IMG/VR virus record: IMGVR_UViG_3300006065_000007
Coordinates: 84,459-136,948 of that record
Source: a virus
Strand: one strand, 5' to 3'
Length of the DNA stretch: 52,490 nt
Each line of letters begins with the position of its first letter. Position 1 is the first letter of the stretch. A model generated the notes under the pieces. That model was not told where the DNA came from. It ran no database searches and saw only the letters and a program-made list of their open reading frames with translations. Position numbers and translations under genes: made by a program. Shown one piece after another: positions 52,224-52,490 of the stretch.

Positions 52224-52490
52224 AATGTTATTTTTTTAACGTTAAACATACCACAAAGATAAGGATTTATTTTAAACCACCAAACAATTTTAAAAAAAAA
52301 AGATTATTTTTTCTACTAAAATTTCCCCTTTATATTTGAAACTTAAATGGCAAATTTAACACATTAGATTATTTGAATTTTAAGACCATTTTAAGACCAC
52401 AAGATTAAAAACCTTATTCCGTATCGACTTTATTTAAAAAGTTCTTAAATACCCCCCATATACCCCCGTATAGGGTATATACCCCCTACC

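Larger units (their letters stand above)
37955..52285 (-). promoter_or_regulatory. About 16 Bacteroidota-type early promoters (TTTGGT..TTATCTTT(G)TA)
   Basis: Plus-strand ACAAAGATAA, usually with ACCAAA about 20 nt to the right, at about 37955, 39967, 40119, 41089, 41857, 42476, 43396, 44039, 45915, 47303, 48344, 48967, 50191, 51021, 51315 and 52253. Most lie just upstream of a start codon. Confidence 0.85.
40191..52352. repeat. Dispersed inverted-repeat family AAA(C/G)TTAA(A/T)TGGCAA-Nx-TTGCCAATTAA(G/C)TTT
   Basis: Full copies at about 40191, 41169, 42546, 46012, 47380, 48422, 49033, 50290, 51413 and 51569. Half-sites at about 44112, 48568, 50419 and 52338. Confidence 0.9.

Noticed and set aside
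40191-52352. Dispersed palindromes as CRISPR repeats or MITEs
   Set aside because: Spacing is gene-sized and irregular, and no target-site duplications are seen.

Overview
This is an AT-rich segment of a large T4-like/jumbo tailed-phage genome read in the standard genetic code. Many TAnnTTTG promoters point to a Bacteroidota host. (1) 1-13.8 kb is a late/structural block: an intein-containing portal (missed by the ORF track), terminase large subunit, nucleotidyltransferase, KTSC, Hsp20, ClpC-like ATPase and an internally deleted CCA-adding enzyme. (2) 13.9-18.2 kb is an operon of about 14 tRNA or tRNA-like genes. It is preceded by a leader peptide and attenuator, and it contains two tRNAs with rearranged arm order, a Y-RNA-like wrapped tRNA, HNH/EndoVII nucleases and an IS607-type TnpB remnant. 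(3) 18.8-22.5 kb is an array of integron-like attC cassettes whose ORFs run opposite to attC polarity. One more such cassette is inserted at a G^AT site inside a radical SAM gene at 49.4-49.7 kb. (4) 22.7-29.5 kb is a host-derived restriction-modification block ending in a canonical attC, followed by IS1634 and IS1595 transposases. (5) 29.7-35.4 kb holds zinc-ribbon repeat proteins and a frameshifted helicase-methyltransferase. (6) 36.3-52.5 kb is minus-strand early genes built from repeated terminator / inverted-repeat / promoter modules, with a candidate ~500-nt structured ncRNA. All calls were made by eye. No database searches or folding programs were run.
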